DNA from: Octopus sinensis
Lineage: Eukaryota
DNA: 64,000 nucleotides
Assembly (NCBI RefSeq): GCF_006345805.1
Contig: NC_043000.1
Location: 159,216,001-159,280,000, forward strand
Direction of reading: 5' to 3'
Below, piece by piece: positions 36,225-48,089 of this stretch. Position numbers and translations under genes: made by a program. Under the pieces are notes generated by a model, which searched no databases, was not told where the DNA came from, and worked only from the letters and a program-made list of their open reading frames with translations. Numbering within the stretch: position 1 is the stretch's first letter; each line of letters opens with the position of its first letter.

Positions 36225-36486
36225 GACTGGCTTCCGTGCCAGTGGCACGTAAAATGCACCAATCCAACCGTGGCCATTGCCAGCCTCCCCCGGCACCTGT
36301 GCAGGTGGCACATAAAAAGCACCCAATACACTCACGGAGTGGCTGGCGTTAGGAAGAGCATCCAGCCGTAGAAACACTGCCAGATCAGACTGGGCCTGAT
36401 GCAGCCTTCTGGCTTGAAAGACCCCAGTTGAACTGTCCAACCCATGCTAGCATGGAAAGCAGACGCTAAATGATGATGATGATGAT
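36225..36486 (+). mobile_element. Family C repeat (RTE 3'UTR-derived), inverted relative to the adjacent LINE
   Basis: Same sequence family as 33890-34160, opposite strand. Confidence 0.88.
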
Positions 36487-36849
36487 ATATGTATGTATGT
36501 ATGTATGTATGTATAATTTTACTTTATTTTATTTCCTTTTTTTTTGTATTTTTACTATCACTTTCTCTTGTTACCTTATCATTTGATGGAAGATTTGTTT
36601 TGCCTGATGTAACTTTGATCAACAATACTTGATCCTTAGAAACACAATTTATTCCGACGAAACTCACTGCACTATCCACTTGTATCAGCTAAATACAAAC
36701 TGATCTATTCAGTCAATATATCTTATCATTGTGCTTTATATTTATTTTAATGTATGTATTAATTTCGTCTATCTATCAGTTTACATCTACAGAGTTAAAG
36801 GTTAAACTTTGTATTTAAATAGCAATTTGCATTTACTTATAAACCTTCC

Positions 36850-37110
36850 AGTGTGGAGGTGCATGGCTTAGTGGTTAGGGTGTCAGCATCATGATCGTAA
36901 GATTGTGGTTTCGATTCCTGGACCGGGCAACGCATTGTGTTCTTGAGCAAAACACTTCATTTCACTTTGCTCCAGTCTACTCAGCCAGCAAAAATGAGTA
37001 ACGCTGCAATGGACTGGCGTCCCATCCAGCTGGGGAACACATATGCCATTGAAACCGGGAAACCGAGCCTATGAGCCTGGCTAGGCTTTAAAAGGGTGCA
37101 TTTATTATTT
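36850..37110 (+). mobile_element. tRNA-derived SINE (family D)
   Basis: A-box-like tggcttagtggttaggg, B-box-like gtttcgattcc, then ttcttgagcaaaacacttcatttcac. Confidence 0.75.
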
Positions 37111-37562
37111 TTTTTATTAATAACACTTCCAAGCATTCAAGTTTGGTCTCTGGTTTGAAAATATCTATCTTTCACTCACATCAGAGGTCCTGAAAAAGAC
37201 TAAATGAAATACCAAAAAAAAAAAGAAGAGAAACTATTATATTGATATCAGAATGTAATTGACATTATCTTCAAAATTAATTTCACTTGAGCTAATGAGA
37301 AAATTATAACAAGGTTGTTTGAACTGCTAGAAATGAACCAGATCTCTTTGAAATTACAACCCACTGTTTTAAAAAGAGAAACTCTACATTGGACAATATA
37401 TAATCAAATACTAGAAAAATAATAAAGCAAGACGGCCACAGCTGGAGTGCCTTTTGTCATATATTTGATCAACCTGGTCTAATATGGTGCTCAGCATACA
37501 ATATCATTAACTTCAAATCACCAATATGACTGTATCAGTTTACACTCTCAAAAAAGCCTACT

Positions 37563-37772
37563 ATTCTTTTACTCTTTTACTTGTTTCAGCCATTTGACTG
37601 CGGCCATGCTGGAACACCGCCTTTTGTCGAGCAAATCGACCCCGGGACTTATTCTTTGTAAGCCCAGTACTTATTCTATCGATCTCTTTTGCCGAACCGC
37701 TAAGTGACGGGGACATAAACACACCAGCATCGGTTGTCAAGCAATGCTAGGGGGAAAAACACAGACACACAA

Positions 37773-37805
<33 letters not shown>

Positions 37806-37977
37806 CATATATACGACAGGCTTCTTTCAGTTTCCGTCTACCAAGTCCACTCACAAGGCATTGGTCGGCCCAGGGCTATAGCAGAAGACACTTGCCCAAG
37901 ATGCCACGCAGTGGGACTGAACCCGGAACCATGTGGTTGGCTAGCAAGCTACTTACCACACAGCCACTCCTGCGCCT
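37563..37977 (-). mobile_element. CORE-type SINE family B
   Basis: Full-length match to the other family B copies. Confidence 0.9.
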
Positions 37978-38207
37978 ATTATTGACTCGCAGCCAATCAC
38001 TTCTATCATATTTCATGCAATATGCTATTCTTCGTACAACATGAATGACAATGCCAATATTATATTGTTAAAATATCCCAATTGCTTTTCCTATCCTTTT
38101 GCAGTATCATCTTCCCTTGAATTAAACCCAGCCCTTTTTACAACTGTTGCCCAGCAGACATATGTTACTTCCAACTGGTAAGTTTTCATTGAAGTTTATT
38201 GATATAT

Positions 38208-38386
38208 TGGCACGTAAAAAGCACCCACTACACTCACAGAGTGGTTGGCGTTAGGAAGGGCATCCAGCTGTAGAAACACTGCCAGATCAGACTGGAGCCT
38301 GGTGCAGCCTCCTGGCTTCCCAGACCCCGGTCAAACCGTCCAACCCGTGCTAGCGCGGAAAACAGACGTTAAATGATGATGATGAT
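38208..38386 (+). mobile_element. Family C repeat
   Basis: cacgtaaaaagcaccc...gacgttaaatgatgatgat. Confidence 0.88.
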
Positions 38387-38639
38387 GTATGTATCATCAT
38401 CATCTCTGTTTTACATCTCCTTCTCCTTGGTTCTATGGGTGTGTTGTTTGATAGCAGCATCTTGCCACTTGTCCGGGTTCTTCACCATCGACTCATCATC
38501 TATCATTCAACACTGCTAATTTTCATTATTCAGCATATCATGTGATTTGGGGCATGGTTTTTACAATTGCATAACCTGCAGCTGGTTGCTTGTCACTTTA
38601 CACTATGGACTGTGTGCACATTTTATCATACCCTACATA

Positions 38640-38880
38640 TATCATCATCATCGTTTAGCGTCCGCTTTCCATGCTAGCATGGGTTGGACGGTTCAACTGG
38701 GGTCTAGGAAGCCAGAAGGCTGCACCAAGGCCCAGTCTGATCTGGCAATGTTTCTACGGCTGGATGCCCTTCCTAACATCAACCACTCCGTGAGTGTAGT
38801 GGGTGCTTTTTACGTGCCACCGGCACAGGTGCCAGACAAGGCTGGCAAACGGCCACGATCGGATGGTGCTTTTTACGTGA
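38640..38880 (-). mobile_element. Family C repeat
   Basis: Reverse-complement copy, tail-to-tail with 38208-38386. Confidence 0.88.
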
Positions 38881-39183
38881 TGTATATATATATTTATTTA
38901 TTTATATAATATGTGGGGAGGGGTTAAGTTCCCTGGTGATCTAAATGAATAGGTCCTCTGTGTAAGTGCTATAATTGGTCATCCGTTAGGTTCCAAGTTT
39001 GCAGCTGAGGCTGGAATTAGCCATCCATAGAAGGCTTCCGAGTTAGCAGGCATATATTAGAGAAAAAGGAGAACAAAAACCAAGGCAGGATGATTATCTC
39101 AAGTCATTTAGAATATTTAATTAGGGTAAGGTGAATTGGAAGTAATTAATTAGTTAATTTCTTAATTAATTGATTATTTAATA

Positions 39184-39740
39184 TCTTACAGCATTTCCAT
39201 TCACTAAGTATTCCGTCATCAGAGACAAGGTGCGTATGTATGATGTTCTAGACAGGGAATTCAAACTTTATAAAGGAATGAAATAGTAAATAGAAGAATA
39301 AAGAGTAAAATAGTAGATAGAAGAATATAGACAGGATAAAGTTCACAGCTCATTTTCTTCCAGAGGGTATGGAGGTTGGTCCATTCTTTTGTGAAGGTAT
39401 ATGCCCTTGTGAAGGTATAATCCCAGGTAAATCCAGGTGATATTTTGAATGTTGAAGGAATAGATCAAGTGGTTAGCTAGTATGAAAATGGTCCACATGG
39501 ATATATAGAATGAGAAAGACAGACCTCATGATAGACAGATATGGGTTATTTATATATACATATATATATATATATATATAGTTGGAATTTACAAGAGTCA
39601 AAAGATGAAAACGGGTGTGTAAACAACAAACAGGTGTATTAGTTTAAAGCTCAGGAAGGTGAGAAAGTCTTTTACATTTCGAGCCTATGCTCTTCAACAG
39701 GAAGAAACACGAGAAAATAAAGAGAGAGAGAGAGAATAAA
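39184..39740 (-). mobile_element. Penelope-like remnant with two degenerate hammerhead motifs
   Basis: On the minus strand: CUGUUGA-A-gagc-auag-gcuc-GAAA (~39700-39670); an endonuclease-like piece IYLGLYLHKG...LHTL; and gtct-CUGAUGA...GAAAugcuGUA-agat (39226-39184). Confidence 0.5.
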
Positions 39741-40964
39741 AAAGGAACACTTTAGTAGCTAGCAGTCAATCATAGCTGTCATCATTTTATATTCACTTTC
39801 TATGTTGACATGAATAGGATTGGCCAACAGAATTGAACAGGTCAGATGACTTCTTGCTCCAGTATCTTGTGTTTGGCATTGTGTCTATGGCTGCATTTTT
39901 TTCATAACATGAACCACTTTCCAATGTGTATTGGGTGCATTTTTTTTCATGCCACTAGCATTACAGAGGTTACCTAGCCATCACCAAGACTCAAGAACCC
40001 TCTCAAACTCCATATTGCCCCTGTATGAATCGATTACCAATCAGCTTCAGTGTACTGTGTGTTTTTTGTAGCATCAACACTGTTGGGAGTCACCTTGTTG
40101 CTGAAACAAAAGAGAGTACCTCATAATAGAAGAGAACAGAATTAGTGTGGGACAGTGTTGATAGAGAGAATAAGAGAAGGAATACTATCAGAGTTGGAGT
40201 AGAAGAGAGGAGGAGGGAAAGAGTAATATTAGGGTTAGTGTGAAAGAGAGGGAGCTTGAGGACACGATGGTAAGGATAACGGGTTGGGTTGGGTAAGATG
40301 GACTCAATGATGGGGTGTGTCAGTTTTGTCTGTTAGGGTATGCATGCAAAGGTAAAAGTACTCAATTCATATAATAGAGTCCTTTCATTTGTTCAAAGCT
40401 AACGATTCAACCCATCACTACTCAATGTTTTATTTTTGTTTGTGGGCCTTCATTCAATTAACAAAGAGAAAATATTTGTAACGCTTTTGTGACCACACAA
40501 GAGCGAGGAGGTTGATATACTAACAGAGGGAAGAATCCTGCTTTGAATGTGGGTGGGATGACTTTTGTTGGAACAGTTACTAATACAGTCGGATGCCTTT
40601 CCAATTGCTAGCAACTAATTAACGAATTGGTGAGTGGAATCTATTTACTAAGATTGTAAACTGGACAAGACAGAGTTATCTACCTTATTTAGGTAGTAAG
40701 GCAAAGCGACTGCTTATGGAATGAACTTCTTATGAATCTTTCCTATTCACCCACCTCATAAGTAATACTTATATCTTTATTCTTTTATTTGCTTCAGTCA
40801 TCAGATTGCGGCAATGCTGGAGCACTACCTTCAGGTGATTAATCAATCAAATCAAACCCAGTACTAATTTCTAAAATTGGTATTTATTCGGTTTTGCCAA
40901 GCTGCTAAGTTACAGCAATACAAACTAACACTAGTTGTTAAGTAGTGACACACACACACATACA

Positions 40965-41037
<73 letters not shown>

Positions 41038-41234
41038 GTAAATGTAATATGTGACAATTATTCAGTTATCTGAAGAGATGGTGGCATGGATTTCCACCTC
41101 GGCATCTGAAATCAGAGTTTTATCATGGCTACCGAATAATTGTCACATATTACATTTACAGATAAATTCCTCTATTTACATAATATTGAGGTCTCTTTCT
41201 TTCTTTTGTTGTCTTACCATTTTTATCAATATAT

Positions 41235-41537
41235 ATTACCGTGACCGGCTAGGCTATCAGATGTTGCTACACATCGCTGGTCACAATGCGCTTCGCATTG
41301 ATTTAGCCTTTAAATGACGCCACCCCGCTGGCTAAGCGAGCAGGCCAACAGAAGAAAGAGTGAGAGAAATTTGTGGCGAAAGAGTACAGCAGGGGTCGCC
41401 ACCATCCCCTGCCGGAGCCGCGTGAAGCTTTAGGTGTTTTCGCTCAATAAACACACACAACGCCCGGTTTGGGAATCGAAACTGCGATCCTACAACCGCA
41501 AGTCCGCTGCCCTAACCACTGGGCCATTGCGCCTCCA
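41235..41537 (-). mobile_element. tRNA-derived SINE (family E)
   Basis: Minus-strand head tggaggcgcaatggcccagtggttagggcagcggac...gtttcgattccc with A and B boxes. Confidence 0.75.
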
Positions 41538-41913
41538 ATCAATATATATATATTTATATATATATGTAAACGTGACAAGCTTCTAAAAAGTTGCCATGTA
41601 CCAGACTCACTTGCAAAGCATTGGTCAACAGAGTAATATCATTGAAGAAACTTTGCTCAAGGTGTCACATTGAAGGACTGAACCTAAAAATAAAACTGCA
41701 TGGTTGTTGCAAAGTGAACTTCTTAATCACACTGTTAGCCTTGTTTGCACATTTGTATGAAAAATTCTAAAACTTGTAACAAAAGAAAAACTGAAAGCCT
41801 TGAACAGATCAATGGCCCACATATACTTCAAATATCAAAAGTTCTTAGAGTCCTACAAAAGGTTGGGTTGGAGAGAGATAGTGTTACCCTACATTATATA
41901 TTTATATATACAT

Positions 41914-42198
41914 TTGCCAGTGGCACATAAAAAGCACCATAAAGCATGTAAAAAGAACGTTGCCAATGCTAGCGCCACCTTGACTGGCTTCTGTGCTGGT
42001 GGTATGTAAAAAGCACCAACTGATCGGGGCCGTTGCCAGCCTCCTCTGTCACTTGTGGTTGGCGTTATGAAGGGCATCCAGCTGTAGAAACACTGCCAGA
42101 TCAGACTGGGCCTGGTGCAGCCTCCTAGTTCCCAGACCCTGGTCGAACCGTCCAACCCATGCTAGCATGGAAAACGGATGTTAAACAATGATGATGAT
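41914..42198 (+). mobile_element. Family C repeat
   Basis: Same family, ending ggatgttaaacaatgatgatgat. Confidence 0.85.
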
Positions 42199-42470
42199 AT
42201 ATAATATTTAAATATGTAATATTGAATATTTAAGGTTGATTTCTATGGATCCATCTGTCTGGCCAGTCTGTTAACACAAATACTCATCTCACTCATTTAT
42301 TCTATGTCCATTTTTCCCATACTAACATATGTTTTACAAATACTTATTATTGAGCAGTTACTTTTCCTTTTGCTAACCCTTATCTGTATTCCAAGAAGAA
42401 ATTTTTTTTATTCCACTTGTCCATATATTACTAGATTTCTAAATGATTCCTCACATTTATATCTCTTCAG

Positions 42471-43710
42471 CAAATATACACCTGTCCAGTCTTCAGAAAG
42501 AAAACCTCACAAATGCAAGACCTGTCAGGAATCATTCTCAGAACTGTCTCTTTTACAAGAACACAAGAAAACACATCAAACGGAAAAGCAGTTTAGTTGC
42601 ACAACTTGCAATAAGAAATTTACACACAGCCACCAACTTGAGCTCCACAAACGAATACACTCGGGGGAGCAACCATTCCTTTGCAGCTTCTGTGGCAAGA
42701 AATTTACTTTCAGGAGTACTTTGAAATGCCATGAACGGACTCATACTGGGGAGAAACCATACAACTGTGACATTTGTGGCATTAATTTTTCTCAGCCGAG
42801 CATTCTTTCGACTCACAAACGAACGCATGCCAGTGAAACAGAATACAAATGTAAGGTCTGTGCTAAGAACTTTTCCAGTAAAAGCAGTCTTCAGAGTCAT
42901 GCTGTTACGCATACAGGTGTAAAGCGATTCCAGTGTGATACTTGCGACAAGAAGTTTGGCATTTTGTGCAATTTGAAAAGACATATGCGCACCCACAAGG
43001 GTGAGAAACCATTTCATTGTGAAATTTGTGGTAAGAACTTTACTCAGAGTAACAGTCTTCAGGAACACAAGAGACGCCATACTGGGGAGAAACCGTTCCT
43101 TTGCAATTATTGCACCAAGTGTTTTGCACGCAAAAGGGACCTCATACAACATGAGAGGACTCACACGGGTGAAAAACCATATTCATGTGGCACATGTGGT
43201 AAAAGCTTTTCTCAGGTTACTTTATTAAAAACGCATGAACGAGTGCACTCTGGGGTGAAACCTTTTAACTGTGATCTATGCGGCAAAAGCTTTACCCAAC
43301 AAAGCAATTTGCGGGTACACAAGATTAGCCACTTGGAGAAGAAGCAGTACCACTGTGACACATGTGGTAAAGATTTCTCTCAGTCAAGCAGTCTACAGCA
43401 GCACAAGATTCGGCATAATGGCCGGCAACCTTTCCAATGTGATATCTGTGGTAAGAAGTTCAATGTCAGGGGTAACTTACAGAGACACAGCAGAATACAC
43501 AGAGGGGAGAAGCCATTCCATTGTGATATATGTAATAAAAATTTCTCTCAGAGCAACAGCCTTCGTGAACACCAAAGAAGGCACTACAGAGAGAAACCAT
43601 TTTCCTGTGATTTATGTCAGCAACAGTTTTTTGTGAAAAGTGCTTTAACAGCACACCAGAAAAGCTGTAGTAACAAACATGTAATTCTGTGCCTTATTGT
43701 CGGCAATTAA
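42471..43710 (+). CDS. Multi-finger C2H2 zinc-finger protein, main/terminal coding exon (13 C2H2 fingers plus a final C2HC finger)
   Basis: 14 tandem C-x2-C-x12-H-x3-H/C units with TGEKP-type linkers and no stop codons. Probable acceptor atctcttcag at 42470. The ORF track starts at 42304, but that extension looks intronic. Confidence 0.93.
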
Positions 43711-43811
43711 TTTTTTTTTTTTTATATGAAAAAAACTTTAGTTGGTAGGTTTAAAGTAGCTTACATACAGAAAGTTAATGAGAGGCTTCACTCATTAAAA
43801 TACTACAAGTT

Positions 43812-44188
43812 CTGACCTATGTCCTTTCTCCTTAATTTTTGCACCATTACTGTAACAGTATACACCTCCAAAAATTAACAGGAATGCCCTACAAGGCCTT
43901 CTCAACAGTTAAGGCAGTACAGGGGGTAGATTTCCTTTTTAAGGTTAGGAACTACTTTCCTTAGAGTAGTTCTTATTTATCAAGTGCAAATATGACTGAA
44001 GTAGAGTATTCTTATATCTGAAGATGAACACCCATGACTAACAATCACACATCTACACAGTTCATCCTAGTAACTTTCCTCAAAGAAAAGCAAGCACTGA
44101 CCTATGACCTTTCTCCTTAATTTTTGCACCGTTACTGTAACAGTATACTCCTCCAAAAATTAACAGGAATGCCCTACAAGGCCTTCTC
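43812..44188 (+). repeat. 92-bp direct repeat pair in the putative 3'UTR
   Basis: 43812-43903 versus 44097-44188, 89/92 identical. Confidence 0.9.
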
Positions 44189-46122
44189 TTACCTCTCCTG
44201 TGCCCCTGCATCTTCATCAGACTCCACAAGAGGAAAGACCCATTTCTGGTTGCTCCACCTGCTGAACAAATAGCAGCTAAACACACTTTCTGTTCTAACT
44301 TAAAAAAGATAAGATACATTGCATACTGTCATCCTCGATGTGTCCAAAAAATTAAAAAAGAGGTGGAATGGTCATGGCAAGAATGCCTTTGATCATAGAG
44401 CTATTGAATCAAACCAGAGCTTACACTAAACTTTTTGTCCAATTCTTCCCTTGAAATGCATCCCTCTGAAGTAATATCTTAGAAATTTTATCAGTTCGTC
44501 CCATAAGTTCTGTCCAATTTTACCTTATTTTAAAATTGAATGAAATTTAATAGTATTTTAGAATATCTAATGGAGTTAAAGATTATTTTTATGCATTTGT
44601 GTACATTTAAACTAATTAAATATTATTTTACAGAATGATAGAATTAAAATTTCTAACATGGAAGTATCCAAAGAGCATTTAAGGCACATAATGCTTTATG
44701 AGTACAAATTCCACCAAGGTCAACTTTACCTTTCATCCCTTTGGAGTTGATAAAATAAGTACCAACTGATGTAATTAACTTATTTCCTCCCCTGAACATG
44801 TTGGTCCTGTGTCAAAAATTGAAACCAATATTTGCCTGTTTGGTAGTTGATCAGGAGGCGGGATGGTTTTCTGGATTAAGTTAGTGAAGGTATAAATTTC
44901 TTTCAAAATGTTTCATCTCTTAGATTAAGTTAACAGTCTGAAAAACTATAATCTTCTTAACTTATTTCAGATACAAAACTTTTAAACGAACCTTGTATGC
45001 TGCAATTAAGCAGGTCTACTTGCTCCACCCTGCTTAGCAGAATTCAGTTCCTGGTTTTAATTCACAGCTGAATGGCTTGTAGGGAAAACAGCAGTTATTT
45101 ATTACCTGTATCAAAAATAAAACTGAAATCATTCCACATTCCAAACAATAAGAATGCAAAAGAAAAAATAAATAACTGAAAATCTTTGGATTGTTAACAG
45201 TTTCAAATTTGTAAATGTTAAAGGTTATATTTTTCAATCTATGAAACCAGGTTTGGAGATCAGTGAATTTTGAGTGAACCATGATAAAGACTTATTTTTA
45301 CTATTTACAAAACGAATGAACAATGACTTTTTCTTTTTTTTACATGAAACATTAAAAAAATAGTTTTTAACTGAATTTATAATCGACATGTTTTTATATA
45401 TTTATTGTGTTAAAACTGTAATGGTTTTCATCATCTTCATATTTCTTGAAAGTTAGTGCTCAAGATACTTTACAGAGCCTTCAAGATTGGGTGGGGCCTG
45501 GCTCCTTGCTACTAATTGGACTCTGTTATCTTGAGTATCCAAGATGTTAAACTAGGCAAGAGGTGAAGTCTACTGCCTCAGTAAACCATAGAGAGATTTG
45601 AACTCGCACCGACACACATATGGATGTATAGATATGTATGTACATGCCTATGTGTATTTATATACAAGTTCCATACAGTTTCTGTTTATCAATAGCATTC
45701 ACAAAACATTGGTTTTGTCAAGACTACAGCAGAAGGCATTAGCCTGGAATGCCTCACAGTGAGATTGAACTCAAGACTTATGGAGCAATAAAGCAACCAC
45801 TGTATCCACTGAGCTAAACCTGCATCTGACAGGATCTGAACTTGGGTTGAGGAACTGTAAAACCTGACAGTATTTATTGTAGGGTTTCCCTACATCTAGC
45901 ATGTAATTTAAAAGGTTCATAACATTGCATTGTTCAATCTAAACAGTAATAAGCCAGAGAGGGAGTCTCTCTGTAGTCGTTACTCCTACATAGAAAAAGC
46001 AGTAAAACAAGAATGGCTGATCAACTCTACAACACATTTTATCATAGATTTGGTCGTTTCAAGCTGATACGGATTTAATCAAAAGTAGCAGCAACACACT
46101 GTAAAAGCAGACGTCTAAGTAT

Positions 46123-46490
46123 TACTCTTTTACTTGTTTCAGTCATTTGACTGTGGCCATGCTGGAGCATCGCCTTTCAGTCGAGCAAATCGACCCCAGG
46201 ACTTATTCTTTGTAAGCCCAGTACTTATTCTATCGGTCTCTTTTGCCGAACCGCTAAGTTACGGGGACGTAAACACACCAACGTCGGTTGTCAAACAATG
46301 CTAGGGGGACAAACATACACACGCATACATATATACGACGAGCTTCTTTCAGTTTCCGTCTACCAAATCCACTCATAAGGCTTTGGTCGGCCCGAGGCTA
46401 TAGTAGAAGAAGACACTTGCCCAAGGTGCCACGCTATGGGACTGAACCCAGAACCATGCGGTTGGTAAGCACACAGCCACTCCTACGCCT
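46123..46490 (-). mobile_element. CORE-type SINE family B
   Basis: Match to the family B consensus. Confidence 0.9.
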
Positions 46491-46626
46491 ATGCAAATGA
46501 ATTTCACATTCACGAATTTAATGGCCAAATGTATTATATTCTGTGTGCAGGTTACGTGATCCGTGAGATAATCAAAAATATTTTTTAAAAGAATCTTTGC
46601 TTTGGATGAAGTCCGTCTTTCATAAT

Positions 46627-46690
<64 letters not shown>

Positions 46691-46917
46691 ATTGCAATCC
46701 TTTTGCACGCCTTTTCGTAAAGGGAAGCAACTTTCAAATACCATATTTGAAGTGTAAGGGACAATATTACGAGATATGAACGGGAGATAACTAGTACACT
46801 TATGTTTTCTAAGGGTAAATTATTTGATTATTAACATGTTATCAATGTACAGTGAAATAGATCCTTTTAAAAAAACTGATTGATGCATTAAGCAAAGGAT
46901 ATAAAAGTATTATTTAT

Positions 46918-47308
46918 AGGCGCAGGAGTGGCTGTGGGATAAGTAGCTTGCTTACCAACCACATGGTTCCGGGGTCAATCCCACTGAACCCGGACACTTG
47001 GGCAAGTGTCTTTTACTATAGCCTCGGGCCGACCAAAGCCTTGTGAGTGGATTTGGTAGACGGAAACTGAAAGAAGCCCGTCGTATATATGTATATATAT
47101 ATATGTGTGTGTGTTTGTCCCCCCACCCCAACATCGCTTGACAACCGATGGTGGTGTGTTTACGACACCGTAACTTAGCGGTTCGGCAAAACAGACCGAT
47201 AGAATAAGTACTAGTCTTACAAAGAATAAGTCCTGGAGTCGATTTGCTCGACTAAAGGCGGTGCTCCAGCATGGCTGCAGTCAAATGACTGAAACAAGTG
47301 AAAGAGTA
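46918..47308 (+). mobile_element. CORE-type SINE family B
   Basis: ggcgcaggagtggctgtgg head through the gaaacaagtgaaagagta tail. Confidence 0.9.
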
Positions 47309-48089
47309 TATGTGTTCGGGACCCATTTTCTTGCTATCGTCCGTGATTAGTGATTGCGTTTTTCAGAACCAGAAGCATTTTCTCTAATTTAGTGGATCAT
47401 GGTGGGGCTTAAAAGTAAACAGTTTATAATTGTTTCAAATTCTGGCCAATTTGCGAGGAAGGGGGTCGTTAATTACATCAACCACAGTACTTGACTGGCG
47501 CTTTATTTTATCGAATGATGAAATGCCGCTTAGCATTTTGTCCGATGTGCGAACGATACTGTTTGCCCGCCACTCTTGAACTGTTTATTACATTGAATAG
47601 GGAACACAAACTGGAACGCCTTGTCTGTGTTTGTAAAGAAGGCCAACAATGTGTTTATACTGCGAGTAAGTCTACCAAACATGAATAGCAACTTGATGCA
47701 GTGACTCGGAAAACTTGTGATTCATATTCTCAACCAACTTCTCCGCCCTGGGAGAGTCATGAGGATTGAGTCTTCAGGTCCCTCCTTCGCAAGATCCTAT
47801 CTGAAGCCACCGCCATTATACTTTCCAGCTGGATTCTCAAAATTTACCAACAGACTATGGATATTATCCAACGATTTCATTCTTGGTCTACTCCTAGGTC
47901 TCCTGCTGGTTTACTCAGCCTGAAAGATCCATCATGCAATAATTTCCTGCGACATTCTAATCACCCTTTCGTAGTACTGGTGCTGTGACCTCTCATTGCA
48001 GAGATTAATATTAGGTCAGCTGAAATTTGTGCTTGATAAGTGACGAACAACCTATGTGAATGGTGTGGGTGCAGTTGTTTAACAAACGG

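Noticed and set aside
36206-36331. N-terminal 42 aa of the 732-aa ORF
   Set aside because: It reads through the antisense family C repeat and (TA)n, and is not part of the LINE protein.
36850-36930. tRNA-like sequences here and at 41470-41537 and 60090-60165
   Set aside because: A and B boxes are present, but there is no full cloverleaf and they continue into SINE bodies.
42304-42470. N-terminal hydrophobic 55 aa of the 468-aa zinc-finger ORF as a signal or transmembrane segment
   Set aside because: T-rich sequence ending in a good splice acceptor; most likely open intron.
42443-43654. Alternative-frame and antisense ORFs over the zinc-finger exon, and those over the RT (34.2-36.4 kb) and ORF1 (52.5-53.7 kb)
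   Set aside because: Shadow ORFs of the real frames with no independent motifs.
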